Notes: generated by a model not told the origin, from the sequence alone. A DNA stretch of 64,000 bases from a virus (IMGVR_UViG_3300020714_000006), one strand, 5' to 3'. Shown: positions 9,796 to 18,894, counted from the stretch's first letter. Made by a program: numbers and translations.

Positions 9796-10180
9796 TTATA
9801 ATACATTCCACCAAATCGGAACTGAACCAGTCCCAACTATCATGAAATAACATAATGTTACAAATAATGATAATCCAATAAATGCAGTTAAATTTTCAAA
9901 GGTTATCAAATCTTTCATAGGCATCCTCCTTCAAATAATTGTAAATAAAAATATGGTTACTGATGATACAAATACTACACTACAAATCGCTACAACTAAG
10001 GTGTTTACATCTATATGTGGATATTTCATTTTTTCCTCCCATACATATAATATATAGCTTTATTATACACCAGTTTATACAAAAAATCAATTAAAAACAC
10101 ATACTTATAAGGAAAAACACTATCAATAAATAGTAAACAATTATAGATATAATACTTCTATTGTAGTTTAATATAAAACA

Positions 10181-10209
10181 TTGACATATAATTTCAATAA
10201 TGGTATAAT
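10181..10209 (+). promoter_or_regulatory. Sigma70 consensus promoter.
   Basis: TTGACA(10181-86), a 17-nt spacer, then TATAAT(10204-09). Confidence 0.7.
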
Positions 10210-10242
10210 AATATACATAATGTTATAACTGTGAGTGAATTA

Positions 10243-12063
10243 ATGAAAAAGAAGAAAAATAAAATAGCAAAACCAAAACAAATTGATGCTAATCAATTAA
10301 GAAACACTGCTGTAGCAATGCATCAACAAAACAAATTAATAGAAGCAGAAAAATTATACAAACAGCTATTAACTATATTACCAAATGATACTACTTGTTG
10401 GACTAATTTAGGAACACTAGAATACCAACGTGGCAACTTTAAAAATGCAATTCAATTCATTGATAAATCATTAAAGATAGATCCAAACCAACCATTTGCA
10501 CATAACAATCGTGGCAACATTCTTAAAGATCTTAATCTAGTCAATGAAGCATTAGAAAGTTATAGCAATGGTATAGCAATCAATGATAAACTTCCAGAAC
10601 TCTTATACAACCGTGCTATTACATTACATGAATTAGGCAGAGTTGATGAAGCATTGGAATCATACACCAAAACTATAGAAATTGATAATAATAATATCAA
10701 AGCATATATAAATCTTGGTAACATTCTTCATGAATTAAACAGATCACACGAAGCTATAGCAAACTATAATAAAGTAAAAGAACTACAACCAGATTTTGCA
10801 TTAGCTTATGCAAATTGTGGCATTGTTTACCAACATATCAATGATGACGAAAAAGCATTAGAGAACTATACCAAAGCTACCGCAATTGAACCTATGTCAT
10901 CAGTATATTCTAATCGTGGTAATATCTATCAAAATCAACATAAACTATTAGAAGCAATAGAAGAATATGAAAAAGCAATCAAAATAGATCCAACATTTCA
11001 TACTGCACACGGTAACAAAGCTAATGCCCTATTATCAGTAAGAAGACTAGAAGAAGCTGAGAAATCATATAATACAGCATTAACTATTGAACCAGACTTT
11101 GCTGATGCACTTTGGAATAAATCTATACTTCTATTATTATATGGACAATATGAAGAAGGTTTCAAATTGTTTGAAAATAGATGGCGTTCTGCACTTAAGA
11201 ACTATTATCGTAGATATGATAAACCATTGTGGAACGGACAATCATTACAAGATAAAACTATTTACATATACCCAGAACAAGGATTTGGTGACTTTATACA
11301 ATTTTGTAGATACCTACCAATGTTTGATAACATGAATTGTAAAGTAATAGTAGAAGTTCCAATACTGCTTCGAGATCTAGTGAAAACAATAAAATGCAAT
11401 GCAACATTTCTAGATTCTGAAACATTTGACAAAACTATACCATTTGATTATCATTGTCCTATAATGAGTCTACCAGGTGGATTTAAAACCACATTAGATA
11501 CTATACCAGCTGATATGCCATACTTATATCCAGTTGAATCTAAACAAAAGTACTGGGCAGATAAATTAGGACCAAAAACAAAAACAAGAGTGGGATTAGT
11601 ATGGTCTGGTGGATTTAGACCAGAACAACCAGAAACCTGGGCAGCTAACAGTAGAAGAAATATTAAATTAGCAAATCTAGAATGCTTTAAAGATATAGAT
11701 GTAGAATTCTATAGTATTCAAAAGGGCGCAACACCTGAAAAAGAATTAACAGATTTGGTTGCACAGAATTGGGATGGTCCAGTTATTACTAGTTATACCG
11801 ATGAATTAATAGACTTTGCTGATACCGCTGCTTTCATAAGCAACTTGGATTTAGTAATATCAGTTGACACATCTACTGCCCATGTAGCAGCTGCTATCGG
11901 TAAACCAGTATGGATATTTAATAGATTTGATGCTTGTTGGCGATGGTTACTTAACAGAACTGATAGTCCATGGTATCCAACTGTTACCTTGTTCAATCAA
12001 AAAGTTACCAATGAATGGGATGAAGTTATACAAGAAATACACGAGAAACTTAAAACATTATGA
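10243..12063 (+). CDS. TPR-repeat protein with a C-terminal glycosyltransferase family 9 (heptosyltransferase)-like domain.
   Basis: About eight TPR units (A..Y..A repeats) at the N-terminus. The C-terminal half has PEQGFGDFIQFCRY and VDTSTAHVAAAIGKPVWIF, which resemble GT9 motifs. The tracked ORF starts at GTG 10231; the ATG at 10243 (MKKKKNK) is more likely. Confidence 0.55.
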   Translation: MKKKKNKIAKPKQIDANQLRNTAVAMHQQNKLIEAEKLYKQLLTILPNDTTCWTNLGTLEYQRGNFKNAIQFIDKSLKIDPNQPFAHNNRGNILKDLNLVNEALESYSNGIAINDKLPELLYNRAITLHELGRVDEALESYTKTIEIDNNNIKAYINLGNILHELNRSHEAIANYNKVKELQPDFALAYANCGIVYQHINDDEKALENYTKATAIEPMSSVYSNRGNIYQNQHKLLEAIEEYEKAIKIDPTFHTAHGNKANALLSVRRLEEAEKSYNTALTIEPDFADALWNKSILLLLYGQYEEGFKLFENRWRSALKNYYRRYDKPLWNGQSLQDKTIYIYPEQGFGDFIQFCRYLPMFDNMNCKVIVEVPILLRDLVKTIKCNATFLDSETFDKTIPFDYHCPIMSLPGGFKTTLDTIPADMPYLYPVESKQKYWADKLGPKTKTRVGLVWSGGFRPEQPETWAANSRRNIKLANLECFKDIDVEFYSIQKGATPEKELTDLVAQNWDGPVITSYTDELIDFADTAAFISNLDLVISVDTSTAHVAAAIGKPVWIFNRFDACWRWLLNRTDSPWYPTVTLFNQKVTNEWDEVIQEIHEKLKTL

Positions 12064-12308
12064 CACAGAATACATTACCAGATTTATATAACATATCAGT
12101 TGAAGAACTTCCAGAAGACATTAAAGAAAAGTTATATGATATGCTATTTGATAATGAATATAACAATTATGAGGAATTCGATGATTTAATAAAAAAGGAA
12201 CTTGATGAATATTTGTATAGCTTTACGTCTGCTTTATATTTAGAAGGGTACCAATTAACATTTAAATCTGAAGCTCATTATACCTTTTTCCTACTCAAAT
12301 GGATGTAA
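12060..12308 (+). CDS. WFxLRW-family small protein (divergent member).
   Basis: C-terminus FKSEAHYTFFLLKWM, with an ATGA overlap to the upstream gene. Confidence 0.5.
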   Translation: MTQNTLPDLYNISVEELPEDIKEKLYDMLFDNEYNNYEEFDDLIKKELDEYLYSFTSALYLEGYQLTFKSEAHYTFFLLKWM

Positions 12309-12309
12309 T

Positions 12310-12546
12310 ATGTATAAAGTAATGATACCAGAAACAAACAAAATTGGTTACGAATGGACTAAGTTACATTTAATGAAGGCGTGGTGCAAAGAAACATATG
12401 GATATGCTAAGGTAGATAACAAATATATATGGCGTAGTAGAATGGAATATCATGTTGATTGGGGGAAGAATTCGGTTGATAAAATTGCGTGCTTCTATTT
12501 CCAAAAAGAAGAACACGCTACATGGTTTGTTTTACGATGGACTTGA
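12310..12546 (+). CDS. WFxLRW-family small protein.
   Basis: C-terminus FQKEEHATWFVLRWT. Confidence 0.6.
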   Translation: MYKVMIPETNKIGYEWTKLHLMKAWCKETYGYAKVDNKYIWRSRMEYHVDWGKNSVDKIACFYFQKEEHATWFVLRWT

Positions 12547-12752
12547 ATACTGCCGTAGTTGATTTAGAAAAATATGATAAGTTTAGATATAGAGATATCA
12601 ATTCATATAATGGATTTGCCAGATTAAATGCTACCTATATTTTTAAAAAGAAGTTCAAGATTACCGGTGAACGATTTGTAGCATTTAATGAATTAGAACT
12701 AACATTTGAAACTGAACAAGCCAAAACTTGGTTCTTATTAAACTTGCATTAA
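12489..12752 (+). CDS. WFxLRW-family small protein. The start is probably the ATG at 12542, overlapping the upstream stop.
   Basis: C-terminus FETEQAKTWFLLNLH. Confidence 0.5.
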   Translation: MLLFPKRRTRYMVCFTMDLNTAVVDLEKYDKFRYRDINSYNGFARLNATYIFKKKFKITGERFVAFNELELTFETEQAKTWFLLNLH

Positions 12753-13183
12753 TGTTTTGATACTTTATAAAAAGCAAGATTACCAGTCACATCATGATGC
12801 ATTTTCCAAGTTGGTAATAATATTTTGGCTAATCTGCTATATAACGATTGTCTATTTGAATCTTCGGCAGAAAAAATAACACTGTTGACTTCATGTGTAT
12901 TTAAAAAATCTTTCATTATAGATACAACAGTTGAGAATACAGATTTTTCACTACCAGTACCAGTTTTGCTATAAACCTTTTTACCTTTTACTATTTGATA
13001 AAATGCAATCTTCCACGATTCACCATAATTAAATGCATCAAAACCATATTTAAGTTTCTTTGAAAAGAATCTGCCAGGTTGAACTATTACAAATTCCGCT
13101 ACTGCTGATTTATTATCATTAACAATCCATTTATATGGAACAGTTGAATCAAATGATTCACTTAGTATTTCAATTATCTTCAT
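12749..13183 (-). CDS. Hypothetical protein on the opposite strand inside the plus-strand array.
   Basis: 144-aa ORF beginning MKIIEIL. Confidence 0.45.
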   Translation of the reverse strand: MKIIEILSESFDSTVPYKWIVNDNKSAVAEFVIVQPGRFFSKKLKYGFDAFNYGESWKIAFYQIVKGKKVYSKTGTGSEKSVFSTVVSIMKDFLNTHEVNSVIFSAEDSNRQSLYSRLAKILLPTWKMHHDVTGNLAFYKVSKH

Positions 13184-13213
13184 TAATATTTCTCCGATAG
13201 TGTATTTATTGGT

Positions 13214-13242
13214 CTTGACAAATATTAGTAATTAACATATAA
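13214..13242 (+). promoter_or_regulatory. Sigma70 consensus promoter.
   Basis: TTGACA(13214-19), a 17-nt spacer, then TATAAT(13237-42). Confidence 0.7.
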
Positions 13243-13250
13243 TAAAGAAT

Positions 13251-13457
13251 ATGAATACTATAACATTAAACCAAAAACAAACTAGAATTTTCTGGAGTGA
13301 CATTGTTTTTAACAAACAAGTAACTATACACTCTATTGACAAATACATTTATGACACATATAATATCACTAAACGTAGATGGACAACCCATAGAACGTTA
13401 GAACTAACTTTTGAAGATGAAAAATATATATCCCTCTTTCTTGTGAGGTGGTCATGA
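13251..13457 (+). CDS. WFxLRW-family small protein.
   Basis: C-terminus FEDEKYISLFLVRWS. Confidence 0.55.
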   Translation: MNTITLNQKQTRIFWSDIVFNKQVTIHSIDKYIYDTYNITKRRWTTHRTLELTFEDEKYISLFLVRWS

Positions 13458-13660
13458 ACGAAAAAGAAAATACATTTAATATATTAGCTAATAAACCATT
13501 ATTAATTACTAGTTCATTATGCTACGTTGGTATACATAGTTGGAGTAAATGGAACGACCCACACACACGAGCAGTTGCCGGATATCAAACTATATTTGAG
13601 ACAATTCAAGAAAAAACTTGTAGACATTGTAATTTAAGAAAATATAAGAAGTTTAAGTAG
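13448..13660 (+). CDS. Hypothetical small protein.
   Basis: ORF overlapping its upstream neighbour. Confidence 0.35.
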   Translation: MVMNEKENTFNILANKPLLITSSLCYVGIHSWSKWNDPHTRAVAGYQTIFETIQEKTCRHCNLRKYKKFK

Positions 13661-13730
13661 AGGGTTTAATGAAAATAGTTCAAATTCTAGAAGAAGATGA
13701 TATACTACACCAACTGATTATTGTAGACCA

Positions 13731-14111
13731 TTGATTTTAACTACATTTTCACCACAAAGTGATGTTTATTCATTTTATAATACCTATTCTGGTACACCAG
13801 AGAACAATGCAAAATGGATAAGAGTAGACCAAAAGTTTGGTGACTTCTGGTTTGGTAAGCCGGTAAAAGAATTAGTTATGGTGAACCCATATGAATTTAT
13901 TCGTGGTGAAATACCTAAAAGCCATTTCTATGGTAAAACACGTAAAGATATAGAAAACGAGTATGATGAATATTTAAGTTCTAATGCAATGCCATACGGA
14001 AAATACCAAGAATATACTTTTGCAGAAATAAAAGCGTATGATATATCTTATTTTTCATGGGCTACTGATAAAGAAATAATAAAGGTTATTGATTATGATA
14101 ATAAAGACTAA
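13731..14111 (+). CDS. Hypothetical protein.
   Basis: 126-aa ORF. Confidence 0.4.
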   Translation: MILTTFSPQSDVYSFYNTYSGTPENNAKWIRVDQKFGDFWFGKPVKELVMVNPYEFIRGEIPKSHFYGKTRKDIENEYDEYLSSNAMPYGKYQEYTFAEIKAYDISYFSWATDKEIIKVIDYDNKD

Positions 14112-14334
14112 GGTTATTAATGGTTCATACTTCCCTTTCTTAGCAGAAATGCGTGAGATCGAAGATAACGATTATATTGTTATCAGACAATGGTGTATAG
14201 ACCAATTTGGAATACCATCTAAAGCTGGCAGAGGGTTAGATACAACTGCAAGATGGTTGGAACCAATTTTTAGTAATGGTTTTAGATTTAAGAACGAAGC
14301 AGACCGTGTTTGGTTTGTAATGAGGTGGACATGA
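14089..14334 (+). CDS. WFxLRW-family small protein.
   Basis: C-terminus FKNEADRVWFVMRWT. The codons gaggtgg of RW plus ATGA serve the next gene. Confidence 0.6.
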   Translation: MIMIIKTKVINGSYFPFLAEMREIEDNDYIVIRQWCIDQFGIPSKAGRGLDTTARWLEPIFSNGFRFKNEADRVWFVMRWT

Positions 14335-14555
14335 AAATAGAGAAACTTGATAACAATCCTTACCCATATATTATTAGATTTAGAACCAACTGTGCTCTGA
14401 CACAATGGGAAGAAATGTATAATTGGTGCACAGAAACGTTTGGCACCGCATACGCAACAGAAGGTATCTGGATTAAACAATTGAATGGCATACGATTCAA
14501 ACATAAAGAACATGCTACCTGGTTTGTTTTACGATGGTCTGGTAATGACATATAA
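14310..14555 (+). CDS. WFxLRW-family small protein. The true start is probably the ATG at 14331.
   Basis: Contains WCTETFG and the C-terminus FKHKEHATWFVLRWSGNDI. Confidence 0.6.
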   Translation: MVCNEVDMKIEKLDNNPYPYIIRFRTNCALTQWEEMYNWCTETFGTAYATEGIWIKQLNGIRFKHKEHATWFVLRWSGNDI

Positions 14556-14751
14556 TATAATATTAAATTCAGAACAAACTAAAAAGTTTTGGAAAGAAGT
14601 CTGTGAGAAAGTAAATTGGGAAATGAGTGAGCTTGACCAGTACTTATATGACAAGTATACTATTGTAAAACGAACATGGCAATCTAATCGAACTTTACGT
14701 CTAACATTAGAAGATGAGAAATATATAACTTGGTTTAGCTTATACTTATGA
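14485..14751 (+). CDS. WFxLRW-family small protein (divergent).
   Basis: C-terminus LEDEKYITWFSLYL. Confidence 0.5.
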   Translation: MAYDSNIKNMLPGLFYDGLVMTYNIILNSEQTKKFWKEVCEKVNWEMSELDQYLYDKYTIVKRTWQSNRTLRLTLEDEKYITWFSLYL

Positions 14752-15020
14752 ATGATTGTGAATTATATTTAAATGAAGAAATGTGGGAAAGATTAAGAAC
14801 ATATCTTAATTACCTTGATCCTACTGATGAAATTATGTATTCTAACGGAAATCATAGACAACAATGGAAACGAGAAATTAAGAAACATTTTAAAGGAAAA
14901 TACTATGAACATACTAAGGCATCAAGTCGTAAATTTTGGGGTTATATAATGTTTGATAAACCAGAACATAAAACATGGTTTATTATCAAAATATCAGCAG
15001 AGGAAATGTATGATCATTGA
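14748..15020 (+). CDS. WFxLRW-family small protein (divergent).
   Basis: C-terminus FDKPEHKTWFIIKIS. Confidence 0.5.
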   Translation: MNDCELYLNEEMWERLRTYLNYLDPTDEIMYSNGNHRQQWKREIKKHFKGKYYEHTKASSRKFWGYIMFDKPEHKTWFIIKISAEEMYDH

Positions 15021-15249
15021 AAAACCAGGATATGTATTTACTTATAGTATTCAATTTGATTGGTTGTATCCTCATTTAGGGGAAATTTATGAATGGTGTG
15101 AAGATACTTTTGGTGAAGCATTTAATAACTCAGTTCATCAAGCAGTACATAATCCAGCAAAATGGACTAAACAAAGGGGTGGTGTAAGGTTTACAAAATT
15201 AGAACACGCTGAATGGTTTGTGTTACGGTGGAGTGGTATTGACATATAA
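14953..15249 (+). CDS. WFxLRW-family small protein.
   Basis: Contains YEWCEDTFGEAF and the C-terminus FTKLEHAEWFVLRWSGIDI. Confidence 0.6.
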   Translation: MINQNIKHGLLSKYQQRKCMIIEKPGYVFTYSIQFDWLYPHLGEIYEWCEDTFGEAFNNSVHQAVHNPAKWTKQRGGVRFTKLEHAEWFVLRWSGIDI

Positions 15250-15295
15250 TACAAAACACTGTATAATACAGAATAATTAAAATATAAGGAATATT

Positions 15296-15805
15296 ATGAA
15301 TAAAGAAAAATACGTATTTTTTTGGGGCGGAGTTTTCAGCCAATGGTACAAATCTAACTTTACTTTAGATGGAATTACATTTAATACTGCTGAGCAGTTC
15401 ATGATGTATCAAAGGGCCATGCTTTTTGAAGATACCGACATTGCTAAACAAATTTTAAAATGCAATGATCCTAAGAAACAGAAAGAATTAGGAAGAAAAG
15501 TAAAGAACTTTGAAATGTCAAAATGGAATGAACATTGTCTTCAATATGTATTCCGTGGTAATCATGCCAAATTTGACCAAAACAAACGATTATATGATAT
15601 GCTAATGAATACTGCTCCTGCACTATTAGTTGAAGCATCACCATTTGATCGGGTATGGGGGATAGGATTAGATGAGAAAGCTGCCAGTAAAACACCTGAA
15701 AGTGAATGGCCAGGCACAAATTGGTTGGGTAAAACATTGACAAATCTTCGTGATCACTTTGAGCATGAGGAATTAATTGAACAATGGGAAAAAACTAATG
15801 AATAA
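15296..15805 (+). CDS. NADAR (YbiA/DUF1768) domain protein.
   Basis: FFWGGVFSQWY, AEQFMMYQRAMLF and especially NTAPALLVEASPFDRVWGIGLD..GTNWLGKTLTNLR match the YbiA-type LLATAPAKLVE..D..WGDG..G.N.LG..L..LR core. Confidence 0.75.
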   Translation: MNKEKYVFFWGGVFSQWYKSNFTLDGITFNTAEQFMMYQRAMLFEDTDIAKQILKCNDPKKQKELGRKVKNFEMSKWNEHCLQYVFRGNHAKFDQNKRLYDMLMNTAPALLVEASPFDRVWGIGLDEKAASKTPESEWPGTNWLGKTLTNLRDHFEHEELIEQWEKTNE

Positions 15806-16049
15806 ACTAATGCTACCATGTGGTGGAACTGCATACTTTGATTATGATAGTGGGTGTAGTTATATATGTTCAACTTGTTATGCTACTATTGGTAGTATCG
15901 GTCAATCACAATCATGTAAAGATGCTGCTCAAATGTATGAGAATTGGCAAGCACTCGGTGGTGGTGGATGGGATTACAAGTTAGGTAAGCCAGAAAAATC
16001 ATTAGATGGTGTTGAATATGATTTCAATCCAGATGATTATTTAAGTTGA
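15777..16049 (+). CDS. Small Cys-rich protein.
   Basis: ORF with C..C...C...C spacing. Confidence 0.4.
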   Translation: MNNGKKLMNKLMLPCGGTAYFDYDSGCSYICSTCYATIGSIGQSQSCKDAAQMYENWQALGGGGWDYKLGKPEKSLDGVEYDFNPDDYLS

Positions 16050-16610
16050 TTAATAGAAATTTGGATTACCAATATATAAAATCATAGGCATTAATGTATT
16101 CTGGTGTTCTTTTAAATAAGTTTCATTGGATTCCATAATAGTAATAGATGTTGGTCCAGCATGACCAGCATCGCTACTAGCATATATCCATTCTGCTCTA
16201 ATTTTGTCTATATCTGGATAATCTCCATTTTGATCCACCACAGTAAATCTTTTAGAATTACGTTGTAAAAATCGTAATAGCCACTGTAATCCTTCACTGG
16301 TCAATTGCTCATTTGATGAAAATATTACTTTTTTACCTAATACCCCAGTAATAAATGCAATTAGTGCAGTAATTCCACCAACTATATTAGCCCGATTACG
16401 CATTCCATGTAAAAAATCACCAGACATTAAAATGTAAACTGTGATTTTATCTCCTTTACTAAAGAAGTATAATGTAGCTTCACCTGATATGAACTTGTGA
16501 ACATCTTCACCATCAATGGTACCAATCTTTTTGCTATGTAATAGAATTTGGTCATCTGGCATGGTTAAATCTAATGCAGAATGTGCGTAATCAATTTCAA
16601 AAATTTTCAT
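16050..16610 (-). CDS. Hypothetical protein on the minus strand.
   Basis: 186-aa ORF beginning MKIFEI, with a hydrophobic segment in the middle. Confidence 0.45.
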   Translation of the reverse strand: MKIFEIDYAHSALDLTMPDDQILLHSKKIGTIDGEDVHKFISGEATLYFFSKGDKITVYILMSGDFLHGMRNRANIVGGITALIAFITGVLGKKVIFSSNEQLTSEGLQWLLRFLQRNSKRFTVVDQNGDYPDIDKIRAEWIYASSDAGHAGPTSITIMESNETYLKEHQNTLMPMILYIGNPNFY

Positions 16611-16625
16611 ATATGTATTTAGTAG

Positions 16626-16654
16626 TTGACAGTCTCAAAAAAATATACTATAAT
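16626..16654 (+). promoter_or_regulatory. Sigma70 consensus promoter.
   Basis: TTGACA(16626-31), a 17-nt spacer, then TATAAT(16649-54). Confidence 0.7.
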
Positions 16655-16816
16655 ATAATCTCAATAACAAACTTAGGAAATATAAATGGTTATCGGTGTA
16701 ATTGATATAATTGGTGATGTAATTGGAACTTTGATATTAGCAGGAACTATTTGGTTCTTCTATCCAACGCTAAAAAATATGTTTAACGAAATTAGAAACT
16801 CATATAAGGATTAAAA

Positions 16817-17083
16817 ATGAAAAGATATAATGGTGCACACGGATACCCAGATATGGTTGAGGCAAATGACGGACATTGGGTAACGTATGAATCATATTCG
16901 TTAGCATTACTAGATGCTAATAAAAGTTCTGAAAGATATTGGGCATCAACTTGTACTAGTGATGATAAGATTAGGGCAGAATATGAAAATCAATTAGCAA
17001 AACAACAAACTATTATAACAGTATTATCTGCTATACTGTTTGTATTGGGTATGGGTGCTATATTTACATTTATAGGTGGTTAA
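16817..17083 (+). CDS. Small protein with a C-terminal transmembrane helix.
   Basis: ORF with a hydrophobic C-terminus. Confidence 0.4.
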   Translation: MKRYNGAHGYPDMVEANDGHWVTYESYSLALLDANKSSERYWASTCTSDDKIRAEYENQLAKQQTIITVLSAILFVLGMGAIFTFIGG

Positions 17084-17262
17084 ATGAAAAAGTTATATGT
17101 TGGTATGTTTGATGTTGTATTAGCAGTAATGGTTATCTCATTCTTTGTATTTGTTGATTCAATTATAATTTTAATTGGATTTGCTGCTATTATGTACTTA
17201 GTTGTAGAACACTATTTAATTATGCGTAGTTGCTACTTATCTAGCAGCAAGTAGGTAGTAAA

Positions 17263-17496
17263 ATGATAGAATATAAAGTAAAAGTTTGTGATGATAGAAC
17301 GGAATGGTATTTAAATGACCAATTACATCGAGAAGATGGCCCTGCTACTGAATGGGCTAATGGTCGTAAAAGATGGTTTTTAAATGACAAAGAATATACC
17401 GAAGAAGAATTCCTCAAATCGACTCAACCAGCTAAAGAACTAACTATTGCTGAAATTGAAACATTACTTGGACATCGTGTTAAGGTAGTAAAATAA
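17263..17496 (+). CDS. MORN-like repeat protein.
   Basis: Repeats of the form W(Y/F)LNxxxHREDGPAxEW. Confidence 0.6.
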   Translation: MIEYKVKVCDDRTEWYLNDQLHREDGPATEWANGRKRWFLNDKEYTEEEFLKSTQPAKELTIAEIETLLGHRVKVVK

Positions 17497-17855
17497 TGGA
17501 TAAAGTATACCTAATAGAAACAGATAAACCATTTTCATGTATACCAGGAAACATTACTAGAACTATGTATTCTGTAGATGGCAAATACCACAGAGAAGAT
17601 GGCCCTGCTATAGAATGGGTTTATGGTAATGGTGAATGGTATGGTGAAGAATGGTATTTAAATGGCCAAAAACATCGACTAGATGGTCCAGCTATATTGT
17701 GGTATAATGGTGAAAAACAGTGGTGGGTAAATGGCGATTTACATCGAGAAGATGGACCTGCTATTATATGGGAAGATGGTTCTAAAGAATGGTGGTTAAA
17801 TGATAAAGAATACACCGAAAAAAAGTTTAATAAAATAATAAATGCGAAAGTTTGA
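17496..17855 (+). CDS. MORN-like repeat protein whose 3' end appears to be displaced by an insertion.
   Basis: Four HR(E/L)DGPA repeats. The protein ends YTEKKFNKIINAKV, where its paralog continues EEEFL..VKVVK. Confidence 0.6.
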   Translation: MDKVYLIETDKPFSCIPGNITRTMYSVDGKYHREDGPAIEWVYGNGEWYGEEWYLNGQKHRLDGPAILWYNGEKQWWVNGDLHREDGPAIIWEDGSKEWWLNDKEYTEKKFNKIINAKV

Positions 17856-17880
17856 CATTTGATAAAACCGATAGTATAAT
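17852..17880 (+). promoter_or_regulatory. Sigma70 consensus promoter.
   Basis: TTGACA(17852-57), a 17-nt spacer, then TATAAT(17875-80). It shares a 22-nt core, ccgatagtataatatacacata, with the promoter at 24864. Confidence 0.7.
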
Positions 17881-17908
17881 ATACACATACTAACAAAGAG
17901 GGTAGACA

Positions 17909-18238
17909 ATGAATACTAAAATATATTTTTTATGGGAATATGAGTGGCATTACGGAACACTTTTGAAAGAAAATGCAAAAAGTTATAAGATTTTCTTTCC
18001 AGGTAGCGGTATGCTTTCTGCACATGAAAGACATGTACCTAAAGAAAATTGTGCATTACCAGGTGAGAGTGTTTGTGTAGTATGGCAAAAATGGACATCT
18101 GCTCGTGGTAGTTATCGGGTTGAACGTGAGTTATATCCACATCGTCGTATCTTAGCAGAGAACGTTGCTAGTGCTGGCCATTTTAGAGGCGAGCGTGGTC
18201 GTGTATGGGAAACCGCACATGGTGTCGAACAAGTTTAA
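17909..18238 (+). CDS. Hypothetical protein, probable cargo of a small insertion.
   Basis: Has its own promoter and an AGAGGG RBS. The 3' third is visibly GC-richer than its surroundings. Confidence 0.45.
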   Translation: MNTKIYFLWEYEWHYGTLLKENAKSYKIFFPGSGMLSAHERHVPKENCALPGESVCVVWQKWTSARGSYRVERELYPHRRILAENVASAGHFRGERGRVWETAHGVEQV

Positions 18239-18250
18239 CCATCTTATTAA

Positions 18251-18312
18251 ACAACTGAGGAATAAAACAATGACAAAACAACTGAGGAATAAAACAATGA
18301 CAAAACAATGGC
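18251..18312 (+). repeat. 27-bp direct repeat, just over two copies.
   Basis: acaactgaggaataaaacaatgacaaa occurs at 18251-77 and 18278-304, followed by a partial third copy. Confidence 0.85.
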
Positions 18313-18315
18313 CAA

Positions 18316-18420
18316 CAAGCTACCGAAGAAGAATTTTTAGAAGCCACACAACCAGCCAAAGAACTAACCATAGCTGAAATAGAAGCATTGTTAGGGCATC
18401 GTGTAAAGGTAGTGAAATAA
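18316..18420 (+). pseudogene. Orphan 3' fragment of a MORN-repeat gene, a duplicate of the 3' end of 17263-17496.
   Basis: Translates to QATEEEFLEATQPAKELTIAEIEALLGHRVKVVK* with no in-frame start. Compare the paralog tail YTEEEFLKSTQPAKELTIAEIETLLGHRVKVVK. Confidence 0.6.
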
Positions 18421-18423
18421 GAT

Positions 18424-18452
18424 TTGACAATTATTGAAACCATTGCTATAAT
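18424..18452 (+). promoter_or_regulatory. Sigma70 consensus promoter.
   Basis: TTGACA(18424-29), a 17-nt spacer, then TATAAT(18447-52). Confidence 0.7.
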
Positions 18453-18473
18453 CTAATCTTACTAAACGATAAT

Positions 18474-18725
18474 ATGAAACTTGAAGAAAGATATCCAGAT
18501 TTAGATACTAGAATTACGAAAATATGTAAAATGCTTTTTGAAAATGGTTATACGGATTTTGCAAAAGTGATGTGGAGAATGTCTAGTGGAACTAGGAGTA
18601 AAGCATTTGATATTGCTAATCAAATGGTAGCTCGTTATGGGTATGAACCAATGTCAATAGAAGATTTTGACGATGCCTGTGCAGAAATTACAGGTGGTTG
18701 CGAAGTAGAATGGGATAACGAATGA
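18474..18725 (+). CDS. Hypothetical protein.
   Basis: ORF downstream of a promoter. Confidence 0.45.
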   Translation: MKLEERYPDLDTRITKICKMLFENGYTDFAKVMWRMSSGTRSKAFDIANQMVARYGYEPMSIEDFDDACAEITGGCEVEWDNE

Positions 18726-18894
18726 ACACACTATTAGATGATGAAACATATACAATTGAAGCACGTCTTGAGGCTGCTAAGATATTATTGGAAATGAAAG
18801 ATAAACAAATTAAACAACTTGAAGATATGTTAGCTGAAAACAGATCTACACAATCTTGGATTGATCAAGCCACTTATAACACAACGAGTTTACT

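Noticed and set aside
18165-18377. Tracked ORF spanning the 27-bp tandem repeat (…QLRNKTMTKQLRNKTMTKQ…).
   Set aside because: It reads through a non-coding repeat and the out-of-frame MORN fragment, so it is probably spurious.
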